NCBI RefSeq assembly: GCF_046119375.1
Contig: NW_027362761.1
Coordinates: 1,145,512,001-1,145,576,000 of the forward strand
Source: Phyllobates terribilis
Lineage: Eukaryota
Reading direction: 5' to 3'
DNA: 64,000 nt
A program made the position numbers and the translations under genes. This document shows, piece after piece, positions 10,486-22,256 of the stretch. Numbering within the stretch: the first letter of the stretch is position 1; each line of letters starts with the position of its first letter. The notes below the pieces were generated by a model, which worked only from the letters and a program-made list of their open reading frames with translations, was not told the DNA's origin and did not search any database.

Positions 10486-12987
10486 GTTTAAACTACTAAA
10501 CACTAACCTACAAAACCATCCATAACCTTTGTCCTCCGTACATCTGTGAACTAATCTCTCCTTCTTTCCTCCACACTTATTGGCTCCTCACCCAATCGCC
10601 TCCAAGATTTCTCCCGAATATCCCCCGTCCTATAGAATTCTGTGCCTCAACACGTCCGATTATCCGCCACATTTGGATCCTTCAGACAGAACCTGAAAAC
10701 CCATCTCTTCAAGAAAGCTTACAACCTGGAATGACCCCGCTGCCACCTCACCACCACCAAAGCTGCTGCAACCCCCCAACCTACTGTCTCCTTCCCCATC
10801 ATGTAGAATGTAAGCCCGCATGGGCAGGGTCCTCTTCCCTCTGTACAAGTCTATCATTGTTAGTTTGTTTACTGTAAGTGATATCTGTATTTTGTAAGAA
10901 ATTCCTGTCTCATGTACAGCACCATGGAATCAATGGTGCTATATACTGTAAATAATAATACGGTAAGACTGATGTTTCTACCCAGGTCACACTGAGATCT
11001 CACTCCCGCCATTTACTGTTATTACTGGTGCAGGGGGTAAGACAGTTGTGCGGCAATAACATTAAATATTCTGCTATGCATCTATTCCAGACACTGGAGA
11101 ATAATGCCCTGCTACTTAGAATAGATGCAGAATAGTGTGTATAACACACTGCAGCTCTCATCTCACAGCACTGACAGTATTGGGGGAGGAGAGCAGTGCT
11201 GTGTGTCATTACATACAGCAAGCTGTATCTATCCCAGAAACACAGCTCTGCTCTCCTCCTGGATCTAGGACTCACAGATAATGCAGAGCGCTGTAATAAC
11301 GCACAGCTCTGCTCTCCTTCCTCACACTATCAGTGCTGTGAGATCAGAGCTGCAGCGCGTCATATACAGTATATCACTCTGGATTTGTGCCAGCTGTTAC
11401 AGCAGTATTCCACGATGCCTGTGATGGATGCATAGTGGTATACGTAATGACACAGTTCTGCTCTCCACCTGGCACTTGAAATCATAATAGTTGCTGGCAG
11501 TAAGATGAGTGAACTGGAGAGGAAAGCAGAGCTGTGTGTCATTGTCTTACTAGATCACTGAGAAAAACCTTTTCTGGGGGCATTTTCTTTTTCTCCCGCA
11601 TGACGTCTCCTGCTCATGATTGGGCACCATTAAACAGGGGGGAAAGTAACCACCCCCATCTCTGCTAATACCTCCTTGGTTATAACAGAAATTAGCTTGT
11701 AAAGGTTAGCATGTAATCTCTTTGCAACCAAGATGAGAAATAAAATTAAAAACTACGTTTTGTTCAGATCTTCAACAATTTTATCACAATGTGGTTAGCA
11801 TGTAAAAACGCAACTATGTGGCTGATAGGAATGACTTTTATTTTTTTTTTCTTTAAAAAAAAAAAAAAGCAGCGCTCTGCAGGCCCTTAAGGAATGAAGA
11901 ATGACTGTCGAGTATGCACACTGCTGCCCAATTCTTGCAGGAATAAAAGCTCAGCGGTACAATGTGGGTCCAAGTGATCAGACCTCCACCGATCAACAAT
12001 TTATTGCCTATCCTGATGGAATCAGTTGCAAAGAAGGCAGTGTCCAGTTATAAGGCAGCCAAATAATGCTTCCAAGGGTGAAAAAAAAAAAAAAAAAGCG
12101 TGAACATAGCCCAAGATATATATAAAAAAAAAAACACAACAACCATAAATACTTAAGAATATCTGTGGATTTGGAGATCCTAATCATATGAGAGAAGTTC
12201 AACCACACAGACAGAAGTCAGTTTCACAGAAACATTTAATGTCATACAAAAATGGAAATAATGTCTTGTGTACAGAGACTGGATTTATGTCAGCTGCCGA
12301 ACAAAACGAGGCCGGTGCGTCCGGAGGACGCGGCTCCACCGAACATCATTAGACCTCTGCGCTCCAGGGACGCCCTTCTAGAAAACACGGCAATATCCCA
12401 AACAATTGTGTAAACATTAATGTACAAAAGTGATACAAAACCAGCACAAGAATGAAAAAGAGAACCACACAAAGACAGCGAGGTACGCCGAGGAAGATCC
12501 AATCTGCCGGTGTCTTGGACTTGTTTTTGGTGGGGGGGTCACGATTACGGCACTTAAAAGCCCGGCATATTTCATGGTCCGTATATGACCAATAAGTCTG
12601 TGGTGACCCGAACTTATAGTCTTTGATGTGTCTCCAAGGCTACAATTTCGGGTCATTGTGGTTCGTATACGTACAATATGGCTCGTGTGAACCCAGCCTA
12701 AGAAGCCATTTCTCCTGACGCTCTCCCTACCGCCTCCAGCATCATGAAATCTCTGGTATCGTACTGGGGTTTTTGTTTGGCGCTTCTGTCGAGTTGCACT
12801 GTAATTTGGCACATCTGGGGGAGGTGGGGGGATCAGCACTGTAAGGGTGTATACAATTGGGTTTTGAATGATGAGATTTGTTCATTGAGGCTCAGGTAGA
12901 AAACATTTGGGGAAACCTTGCCCTACAAGTCAACATAATATGACCTTGCATCTCTGAGCAAAAGTAACCAAATACACCAATGACTTA

Positions 12988-13387
12988 GGGGTATTCCCAT
13001 CTCCAAGATCCCATCCCAATATGTAGTAGGGGAACTAATAAGATTAGCAAATACCTCCAATTAGAAATGTAGTATAGTTCTTCTGATTCACTTTGTTGCT
13101 TACCCCATGTGCAGGTCATCCATGGTTATGACCACTAACAACTAATTAGCACTATATGAGTGGTCGTAACCCATGTACAGGGCATTGCAGTAGCTTAGGT
13201 ATCGCTCATATAGTGACAATTACTTGTTAGTGGTCATAACCATGGATACCTAACCTACTGCAATACCCTGTACATCAGGTAAGTGACATAGCAAATCAGA
13301 AGAACTATACTACATTTCTAATTTGAGGTAATTACTAATTTTATTATACCTACTACATATTGAGATAGGAGGAGATGGGAATACCTC
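12988..13387. mobile_element. Palindromic T2/Kolobok-type MITE
   Basis: GGGGTATTCCCATCTCC ... GGAGATGGGAATACCTC termini flanked by TTA; long internal inverted arms. Confidence 0.7.
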
Positions 13388-16300
13388 TTACGTGCACATC
13401 TAAAGATTCAGGATTGTACTTGCCCTTACTGAAGTGTGAAATTTAGTTTTAAGCATGAAAGAAGAAACCAATCAGGTCCCGAATACCCCATATTAAAATA
13501 ATTGATCCCAAAAGAGTTAAAACATCAAACCGAAATAGCTTAAATTCCCATGTGCACTTTTTAGACACTCTAGACATACTACATTGAGGGAAAACTCAAT
13601 CATAACCTGGGACACATCTAATTCACCATACCCAAAGACAAACCAAATGAAAGACAAGAACATGGTGGCTGTGACGAGGAGAAATATAGTAGAAAAAAAA
13701 AAGGGGGGGGGGGGGGGAGGTGGCGATTGTGGACGGCCACATGGACATGGTTGAAGGCGACCAAAACCCAATGCTGAATCCTGGCATTAAAGAGGGCAAG
13801 CAACAGTGTAAATAGTTCCTCAAATCAATAGTAAATTTATTAAACCAAAATATTAAAAAAAAAAAAGTTTAAAAATCCCTTAAATTGAAAAAAAAAAATA
13901 AAAAAAAAACTTAGCATCCAATAAAATCATTTAAAAAAATATATATATTTGAGAGTTGACAACTCCCTTAAAGTAGAAACTTTCCTTTTCTCTGGTAAAC
14001 CTTGTGAGCCAAGATGAAATCTTTGAAACAAAAAAAAAAAAAAAAAAAAAAGGACGTGTTCCTACTTATTAAGTCCCTTATGGTGAAATAACATGAATGT
14101 AAATGGATTGTGCATTTTATCTTTTCTGCCAGCTGCCCGGTGATCACTGGTGTAAACTATTGAAAGCAGCACTTTCACAAAATACAATAAAAAACTATTT
14201 GTATCCTAAACTAACTTACACTATTACATAGAGAGGAGCAGAAAACCCGACCAACAAAGGGAAAAGAATAACCCTCACAAGGACATTGAATGGAAAAAGA
14301 TGCCAAATAATCACAAATCTGCATCCTGGACCCAAGAGACTGTTTTGTCAATGACGTCCTATCACACAAATATCTCCATTAGCTTCCTGCCCACAGGAAA
14401 GGTGCACCAAGAGGCAGAAAGCCGGGTCCGTCCTTCTAAAGGGAAAGCATAATTAGAAAATCACCTATGTTTTAAAAAAAAGGTCTTTGTTTTAATTATT
14501 AAAATGTAATTTATTTATTAGACCAAAATCGTGCAATTTTCACACTGATCACTGGGACTTTAGATGACTTTGCAGAAGTCTCATTATCATCAGAGGCAGG
14601 ATTGCAATGACAGATAATGCTTCTATACACAACTGATATAAACCAATATCTACCAACCATAATAGGCGGTCTCAGCTCCATTCCCTTGCATCTAATGAGC
14701 GTGTGCAAAGGGCATTGGGCTTCAATTTAAAAGACAGCGGTTGAGTCAGTCTATTGCTGCTAATGTGCATGTAAACAACAAAGTATGGGCCTAAAATAGT
14801 GTAAAAATTCCAAGATTTTTTTTTTTTTTTTTTTTTTAAACGTAAAGAATAGAATGAAACAGTAGATCATTTTCTGATGATGCAATGTCTTTAATGAGCA
14901 CTGATGCATGGGGTAGAATATTAAGCCAAATCAAAGTCTTCTGCTAAATGAAAAGACACTTGTGCGCAGATTGCAGTTTCAGGGGTGAGAGGCCTTCTAT
15001 GGAGGTCTGAGAGGAAAAAAAGCGACATGTCCAGGATATTACGAGCAAAGATCAATGGAGATGTTGTGTCAACTTAAAAGAATCCCATATAAAACACGTC
15101 TCTAGTTCAACAAATACCAATGAAGCTCCGAAAACTCAACCCACAGGAGACAAAAAAACGGAATAAAAAAAGACAAGCTGGAATATTCACCGACCTTCTC
15201 CTATCTCTTCCAAAGAATGGATAAAATATAGTCCTCCACTTGATTTAGAAGACAAGTCAAAGCAGAAGAGCCCGAGTGTTTTAATTCAGCAAGAAACACA
15301 TCCCAAATAAGTTACAAGTGTTATTCAGTTGACCCCCCCCCCCCATCTTCATCCCACCTGAAAAAGTGTCCTTCAACATAAACCAGGCCAACACTCCATA
15401 GAGATCAAAGCAACTTTTAGAAACTTAAGAGCATGCCACATGCCAGTGGGCCACATCACAGGGGTCTCAATACTGTTTTTTTTCCCCCGAATCGGACAAA
15501 CTTTTGGATAGAAAGTAGAATTGAGTGAAATGATTAACAGGACCCCTCTAGAGAGACCACCAGACCAGAGCCTTGCAAACCTTCTCCTACTTGTGGCATC
15601 TCTTCTGACTAGTAAGTCTGGCCAACATCAAAGGGCCAGGCCTACTAATCAAAAGTGGAGCTGGGGAAGCAGGCGGTAGCAGGGCTCGGGTTCGGCAGCA
15701 CGGAGTACAGACGTGGCCGTTGGACCAGGGTCCTAGGAATCATTTTTCTCAAGTCTAAAAGAAAGTCCTGTATACCCTATTCTTCTGTCAACTGGAAAGA
15801 TGGGCACAAAGCCAGACAGGAATACGCTGGGTAAACCTTTCCAGATCCCAGCAGTACTAAGTAACAAATGACACATCCAACTTTCATGATTAACAAGTCA
15901 CCAATACATCAAAGCCAACATCTTCAAGTTGCACAAAATGACTGGTAAAAAAAAAACAAAACAAAAAAAAAAATAAATAAATAAAAAATTCTACAATTGA
16001 TTTTTCAATCATTTCCATCATTTAGAATATTAAATCAATTGTCTATAGTGGGCAAAAGATAGAATGTATCGATGCATAGTATGAGTTTCCCTTTAATTTC
16101 ACTGCCATGACATTTTGTTGCCCTATTAATATACTCCTCTTCATATTAAATAAAAAAAAAAAAATCGGAAGCGTAAGAACAAATTCTGTACATATAATTA
16201 CGAAAGAAATAGGGTACGCACTCGGTGTACATATAATCTTTAAATTTATATAAAATTTGGGGTTTTTAGAGGGACAGGTAAGAAAAAACAAAAGTAATAT

Positions 16301-18003
16301 CAAAGTGATATACAACAGGATCATAGTGGCCATTTCTAACTCCTCTCTTCAGTAAGGAGCGCACTTTATTTTATTTTAGGGTAGCGATAAGTGATGCCCT
16401 CATATGCCAATTTGTTAATCAAAAACATATGATGTTTCCAAGGTATAACCCTTCTAATATGGCCACAAAGCCAACCAGCGCCAGTACAAGTCACAAGACT
16501 GGGCCATAAAACGTCAGTGCGTGGCCAGCGTAAAGCTAGCCGCACACAAGAAAAGAAAAGCCAGACTGAGTACGTACGGAAGCCTCGCTACATTTATGGA
16601 CAGATTGGTTTTCAATATGCCGATCCCTTAGATCACGTCTGGCAGTCGCTTTCTCTCCTCTCCCCATCGAAATAAAGATGAGCCCCAAGCGCTGCCTCTT
16701 CTGCGTCATCCCATTTTCAAGATGGGGTGGGCAAAAAAAATAAAAATCAGTGGACAAGAGAAAAAAAAAAAAAAGAATATGGAAAGTATTTTGGACTAAA
16801 AAGTTTTCTAATTATCCTTAAAAGTTTTTCACCTCTTCTGCACATTGATGTAATGGAGAATCTGTCAGCGAGTTCATTATGACAAGGGACAGTTTGTATC
16901 TCTTATCTGTCTCTTGCTGAACTGCTGTAGGAGCACAACAAAGTTGAGCTGAACACTCATTGGGTCAGAAATCAACCCAAAAAAAAACAACCAGATAATA
17001 GAGTAGCAAACTCTCTGTACGGACAGATTCTCAGTTTACTTATTCTGCAGCCAAGATGAGCAAGGAAAAAAAAAAGGGCCAGTAAAAGCCAAAACAGCAA
17101 ACTTTTTTTAAGTGAAACTCAAATAATAAAAATTACTTTCTAGTAAGAAAAGGGAAAAAAAATAAATAAAAAAGTTTACACCCCTGAAGGTGTCCATGCC
17201 GTTTAAGATTTCCCCCCAAGCACCCATGTGGCAGCGTATGCTCTTGATAAAATACTTGTGTGTGCAATTAATAAAAAAAACACAACTTATATGGTAAACT
17301 TACAACAGACCTGATAACAATCTTCCCAAAAACTTTATAGAATTTTTTTTTAAAAGTAATAATTTTAAGGTTTTGTTAATCTCTAACAGTCACAGTGCAG
17401 AAGGTGGGATTCATCATGTAGAGCAGTGCAAAATACAAATAGCCACCCGTGGCCAATGAATTGTGTCTGGACGTAAAAGTGGTATACTCGGCCCACGTGC
17501 GCTCACTGGCGGGGGTCACACTGTGGACATGAAGTACCATTCGATGGCGGTATCACCATGAGGACCACCCAACCTATCCCGTCTGCATGGCCTGCCGGGT
17601 GCCACCACTGTCACAAATAATATACCCCTTGATATGTTACCATTTCCCGATCCTTCACAGCCAAAAGTTTTTTCAATAAATAAAATAGACGACACCCTAC
17701 TTAGAAACAAGTTCTTGGCACTTTTGCTCATTAATTCCTTATTCCGTAAATGCCCCAATAAAGATAAACTTCTGTTGTTTTAGAAATTAGGTAGCACCTC
17801 TTTAGTATTGGAAAAGAGACCCGTGGCTTTCATTCTAACGCGTGTGAAAAATAAATCGCTGTACAAATAAAACAAAAGTGTGTATTTAAAAAATATATAC
17901 AAGAAACGTCTCCGTCTGTACAAGGCTTTTATATATTATAGTTATTGTTTATATATATTAAAAAAAAAACAAAAAAACAACATTTGTGAAAAAAAAAACC
18001 CCT

Positions 18004-18996
18004 TCACGAAGCGTCCCGAGATATCCAGCCGCTCTCGGTCAAAAAGTTTAAAATCCTTTTTTTTAGGACTTTGTCTAAGTAGCTGGGAAGACGGCTCTTT
18101 GATGGGATCCCCTGTCTTTTCTGAAGGTGGTCCTTAATGATGATGGTTTTGACAGTCAGGTAACGGGTTGGGCTCAGATTCAAAGAACTGCACAGAACTT
18201 TCTCCCTGTCCGATAACATCTCGAAACCCTGAAGGTTTTCGATGGCAGCAAATTCTCCCTCTTTGCCGTCTTCCCTTCCTCTCTTGTTGCCTGCAGTGTT
18301 TTTATTCTCTTTCCGCTTTTCCCGCTTGTGGCGGGCGGCTTCGTACTCTGCCGACTCTTCCATCTTGGTGATGCCGTTTCGCCGATACCTCTGTAGTTCT
18401 CGAAGTTTTGCCCTCAGCATTCGCTCTTTGTGCATGTTCTCGAAGAAGTCCTCGATTTCCTTACAGGACATAAACTGATAGAGCGACCTTAGTTTTAACC
18501 GCAATTCCTTCTCTTCTTTCGAGACTTTCCTTTTGGCAGGCTTCTCTTTATCCTTTTTTTCTTTTCCCAAAAATGCTGGTACCAAGTTATAGTCCCGGGC
18601 GATGTTCTTCCTCCTTTGCCGTTCTTTCAGTTTCCGGACATACATATCCACACAAGATTCTTTAAGTTCTACTTCAACGTCGTCATCGTCGTAATTGACA
18701 GACAGGCCGCTGATCAGCGTTTCGGCATCCTGATCGTATTCGATCTCGTAGTCGTCGCGCAGCGGCATGTACCCCAGCTGCTGCTGCTCCTGCACGGTGA
18801 TGTCTAAGGGAGGTAATGGAGTGGTCAGGCTGGGGGACAGGGGACCACCTGTAGGACAGGTGTGGTCCGTTACCCTGTTAGGAATATTGTCCGGTATGCA
18901 GGCCTTGCCGAGGTTCCCATGGATGTACATGCTGACGTAGTGCTCCATCACTTCCTGCGGAGTCCGGTTCGCACCCACATGGGCAGCCATATCCTC
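18004..18996 (-). CDS. TADA2B: Transcriptional adapter 2-beta, exon 2
   Basis: Acceptor AG at 18998-18997; encodes EDMAAHVG...LGYMPLRDDYEIEY...KKRILNFLTESGWISRDAS*. With exon 1 this gives 420 aa (SANT remainder, ADA boxes, SWIRM). Confidence 0.97.
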   Translation of the reverse strand, partial: EDMAAHVGANRTPQEVMEHYVSMYIHGNLGKACIPDNIPNRVTDHTCPTGGPLSPSLTTPLPPLDITVQEQQQLGYMPLRDDYEIEYDQDAETLISGLSVNYDDDDVEVELKESCVDMYVRKLKERQRRKNIARDYNLVPAFLGKEKKDKEKPAKRKVSKEEKELRLKLRSLYQFMSCKEIEDFFENMHKERMLRAKLRELQRYRRNGITKMEESAEYEAARHKREKRKENKNTAGNKRGREDGKEGEFAAIENLQGFEMLSDREKVLCSSLNLSPTRYLTVKTIIIKDHLQKRQGIPSKSRLPSYLDKVLKKRILNFLTESGWISRDAS

Positions 18997-19399
18997 CTGA
19001 TTGGAGAGACAAAATAAAAAAAATCACATTAGCCAAGTGGTATAATATATAAGGTACATAGCTGACAACACAACCAATATCCACAGATCATGAATTGGAA
19101 CACAACCAGAAACGCCATGTTGGAGCGAGTCAAAAACATAGTTGAAGTCGCCAAGATCAAAGAGCTGCCAACAGGAAGCATGCACATAGACACACGTAAA
19201 CTGCAATCATTATCAGGATCGAGCCGGGGTGATAGATCTGCAGGTCCCAAGATAAAAGTTTGCTTCTAGGTTCTGCAGTAACTAGGTACTAAGGGTCCAT
19301 TACACACCAGATTTTGAGGTGGTAAATGACCGCTGATCGGTAATTATTTACTGATCGGTGGTTACTTAATAGTGTCTTTACACAAGTTGGCTGCTCTAA

Positions 19400-20254
19400 C
19401 GCTGTGTGGCCACGAAGAATTTTTCAAGCCTTTATGCTGCGGAATTTACACAGCATAAACGCTTGGGAAACACTTGGTAATCCGCCCCCCATGGTCCCCA
19501 ATGAGAAGCCGCAATTTCAATGCCCATGCTGCGGATTTTTCCACAGCGTTATTGATGCGCTCAAAAATACGCAGCATGTCCATTCATTTTGCGGACACGC
19601 AGCGTAATCGCCGCCATTGACTTGCATTGAAATGCATATTATCCGTGTCAGCACATTTGCACCCATGGATGATATGCACTTCTATGTGTGGATGGCACCC
19701 GGGTCTGGAGGACAGGAGACTCTCCTTCGGACCCAGGTACCATAGAACCTGTGAAAAAAAAGAATAAAATAAAAAATAAATATTATATTTACCTTCGGCT
19801 GGCCCCCACTGCGTTTGTCTTCACTTGCCGGCAGCTCGCGGTGGACTGAAGGACCTGCGCTGACGTCATAGTCATGTGATGGCAGGTCCTTCAGTGTGCT
19901 GCTAGCTGCCAGCAAGCCAGGACGGAGCGAAGCAAGACTCCGGGGGCCATCGGAAGGCAAGTATAGATTTATTTTTTTTTTACCATTCTTTAAGTTCACA
20001 CTATATAAATCCATGCAAACGGCATGGATTTATATAGTGTGACCAAGTTCACAAGCACTTTCCAAGTGATGCTAAAATCTCTTGGAAAGCGCTTGTCAAC
20101 CGGCATGCGGAAATGCATGTGAAGAAAGCTTCACATCCGCATGTCCCTGGCAGGAAAAACAGATGTACAATCCGCATGCGTTTTTTCTGCCAGGGAGATG
20201 CAGAAACGCTCAGGAAAAAATCCTAAGCGTTTCTGCATCGTGGGCACATAGCCT
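19400..20254. mobile_element. MITE family A copy (TIR GGCT(A/G)TGTGCCCAC)
   Basis: Right TIR GTGGGCACATAGCC, degenerate left TIR; colinear with 21405-22256. Confidence 0.75.
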
Positions 20255-20876
20255 AAAAAAGGCACCCTGAACAATCAGTAATAAATCACTGTGCGCATAG
20301 GCTGCCATTTTCTCCCCTGTTTAAACAACACTATGTGCTGCCGAGAACAATGAGCACAAAAGATCACTTCACCCAAAGAACAAGTGCTTTGCTCCTTCCT
20401 GTGGGGAATAAATTGCCTATTTACATTGCGAAATTAACATTACCAAGAACTCTCATTCACAATTATGTTACAGGGTAAATAGACCTCAATATTTTGAGTG
20501 GATTTCACCTCCAAGGCTGGGAGGGCATTCATGGTTCTGCCATTTCCAAAAATTACACTTCGATAAGAATATTCTCATCTGGGACATTTATGGCATATAT
20601 GTGTCCAGAAAGAAAAACACTGCCTTTCCCGTTTTAGGTCAATTAGGATTACCATGTTTAATTTGCCAAATGGCAGAATAATGAGAGAGAGAGAGCTTAG
20701 GAGCCGGTTATCACCCAGATGCAGGCTGCATATCAGCATGCTGGACCCCAGACCATGAGTCTCAACAGGGAATAGACCTCAGAGCGGGGGGTCCTCCTCT
20801 CCAATTAAGGTCTCACTTTTGGAGGACTGAGCTATATATTTTGTGCTGCGGCCCCTTCTTGTAAATCATCTGTCAT

Positions 20877-21396
20877 GAGATAGCGATAGAGAGAAGATAG
20901 CGATAGAGAGAAGATAGCGATAGAGAGAAGATAGCGATAGAGAGAAGATAGCGATAGAGAGAAGATAGCGATAGAGAGAAGATAGCGATAGAGAGAAGAT
21001 AGCGATAGAGAGAAGATAGCGATAGAGAGAAGATAGCGATAGAGAGAAGATAGCGATAGAGAGAAGATAGCGATAGAGAGAAGATAGCGATAGAGAGAAG
21101 ATAGCGATAGAGAGAAGATAGCGATAGAGAGAAGATAGCGATAGAGAGAAGATAGCGATAGAGAGAAGATAGCGATAGAGAGAAGATAGCGATAGAGAGA
21201 AGATAGCGATAGAGAGAAGATAGCGATAGAGAGAAGATAGCGATAGAGAGAAGATAGCGATAGAGAGAAGATAGCGATAGAGAGAAGATAGCGATAGAGA
21301 GAAGATAGCGATAGAGAGAAGATAGCGATAGAGAGAAGATAGCGATAGAGAGAAGATAGCGATAGAGAGAAGATAGAGATAGAGAGAAGATAGAGA
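20877..21396. repeat. 17-bp tandem array (GATAGCGATAGAGAGAA)n, about 30 near-identical copies
   Basis: Read directly; invariant units except at the last one or two. Confidence 0.95.
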
Positions 21397-21404
21397 ATGT
21401 TTAA

Positions 21405-22256
21405 GGCTGTGTGCCCACAATGCGTTTAAGCGTTTCCGCAGCGGCAAAAATGCTTAGAAAACGCATGGTAGAAGGCCTGCCATGGTCCCCAATAATAATC
21501 CGCATGTGCTGTGCATATGCTGAGGAAATTTCCGCTGCGGATTATCATTGCGGAAAAATACGCAGCATGCCCATTAATTTTGCGGACACGCAGCGTAATT
21601 GCCGCCATTGACTTGCATTGAAACGCATAATATCCGTGTCAGCATATTTGCTCACACGGATAATATGTGTTTCTATGTGCGGATGGTACCCAGGTTGTGT
21701 AGGAGAAGAGACTCTCCTCCGGACCCGGGTACCATAGAACCTGTAAAAAAAAAAAAAGAATAAAATAAAAAAATAAATATTATATTTACCTTCGGATGGC
21801 CCGCGGTGCGCTTGTCTTGGCTTGCCGACAGCGCGCTGTGGACTGAAGGACCTGCGCTGACGTCATTCAGTCATGTGACGGCAGGTCCTTCAGTGTACCG
21901 CGAGCTGCCGGCAAGCCAGGACGGAGCGAAACAAGACTCCGGGGGCCATCAGAAGGTAAGTATAGATTTATTTTTTACCATTCTTTCGGTCACACTATAT
22001 ATGCCGGTTGCATGGATTTATATAGTGTGACCAAGTTCACAAGCACTTTCCAAGTGATGCTAAAATCTCTTGGAAAGCGCTTTACAACCCGCATGCGGAA
22101 ATGCATGTGAAGAACGCTTCACATCCGCATGTCCCTGGCAGGAAAAACAGATGTACAATCCGCATGTACAATCCACATGCGTTTTTTTTCTGCCAGGGAG
22201 ATGCAGAAACGCTCAGGAAAAAATCCTGAGCATTTCTGCATCGTGGGCACATAGCC
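21405..22256. mobile_element. MITE family A copy with perfect TTAA duplication
   Basis: TTAA (21401-04) GGCTGTGTGCCCAC ... GTGGGCACATAGCC TTAA (22257-60). Confidence 0.9.

Larger units (their letters stand above)
9230..10960 (+). mobile_element. 5'-truncated, decayed L2 (CR1-group) LINE
   Basis: RT fragments LLLDLSSAFDTVDH, GFQYHL, FLKLNVDK and LVHALIISRLDYCN; typical L2 3' end (..ccatggaatcaatggtgctata..aataataata); interrupted at 10080-10485. Confidence 0.85.

Noticed and set aside
12290-12839. Two minus-strand ORFs (70 and 140 aa) in a CpG-richer patch
   Set aside because: No recognisable domain or convincing splice context; more consistent with TADA2B 3' UTR.
14586-14605. Other CTGATGA heptamers (minus strand here, also about 22860, 48785, 51848) as hammerheads
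   Set aside because: No stem II followed by GAAA and no stem I complement. They fall in a MITE-like repeat, the transposase WSDE codons, or unique sequence.
20866-21447. 193-aa minus-strand ORF with repeated SIAIFSLSLSSLYRYLL
   Set aside because: It is a translation of the 17-bp tandem array and shows no coding signature.
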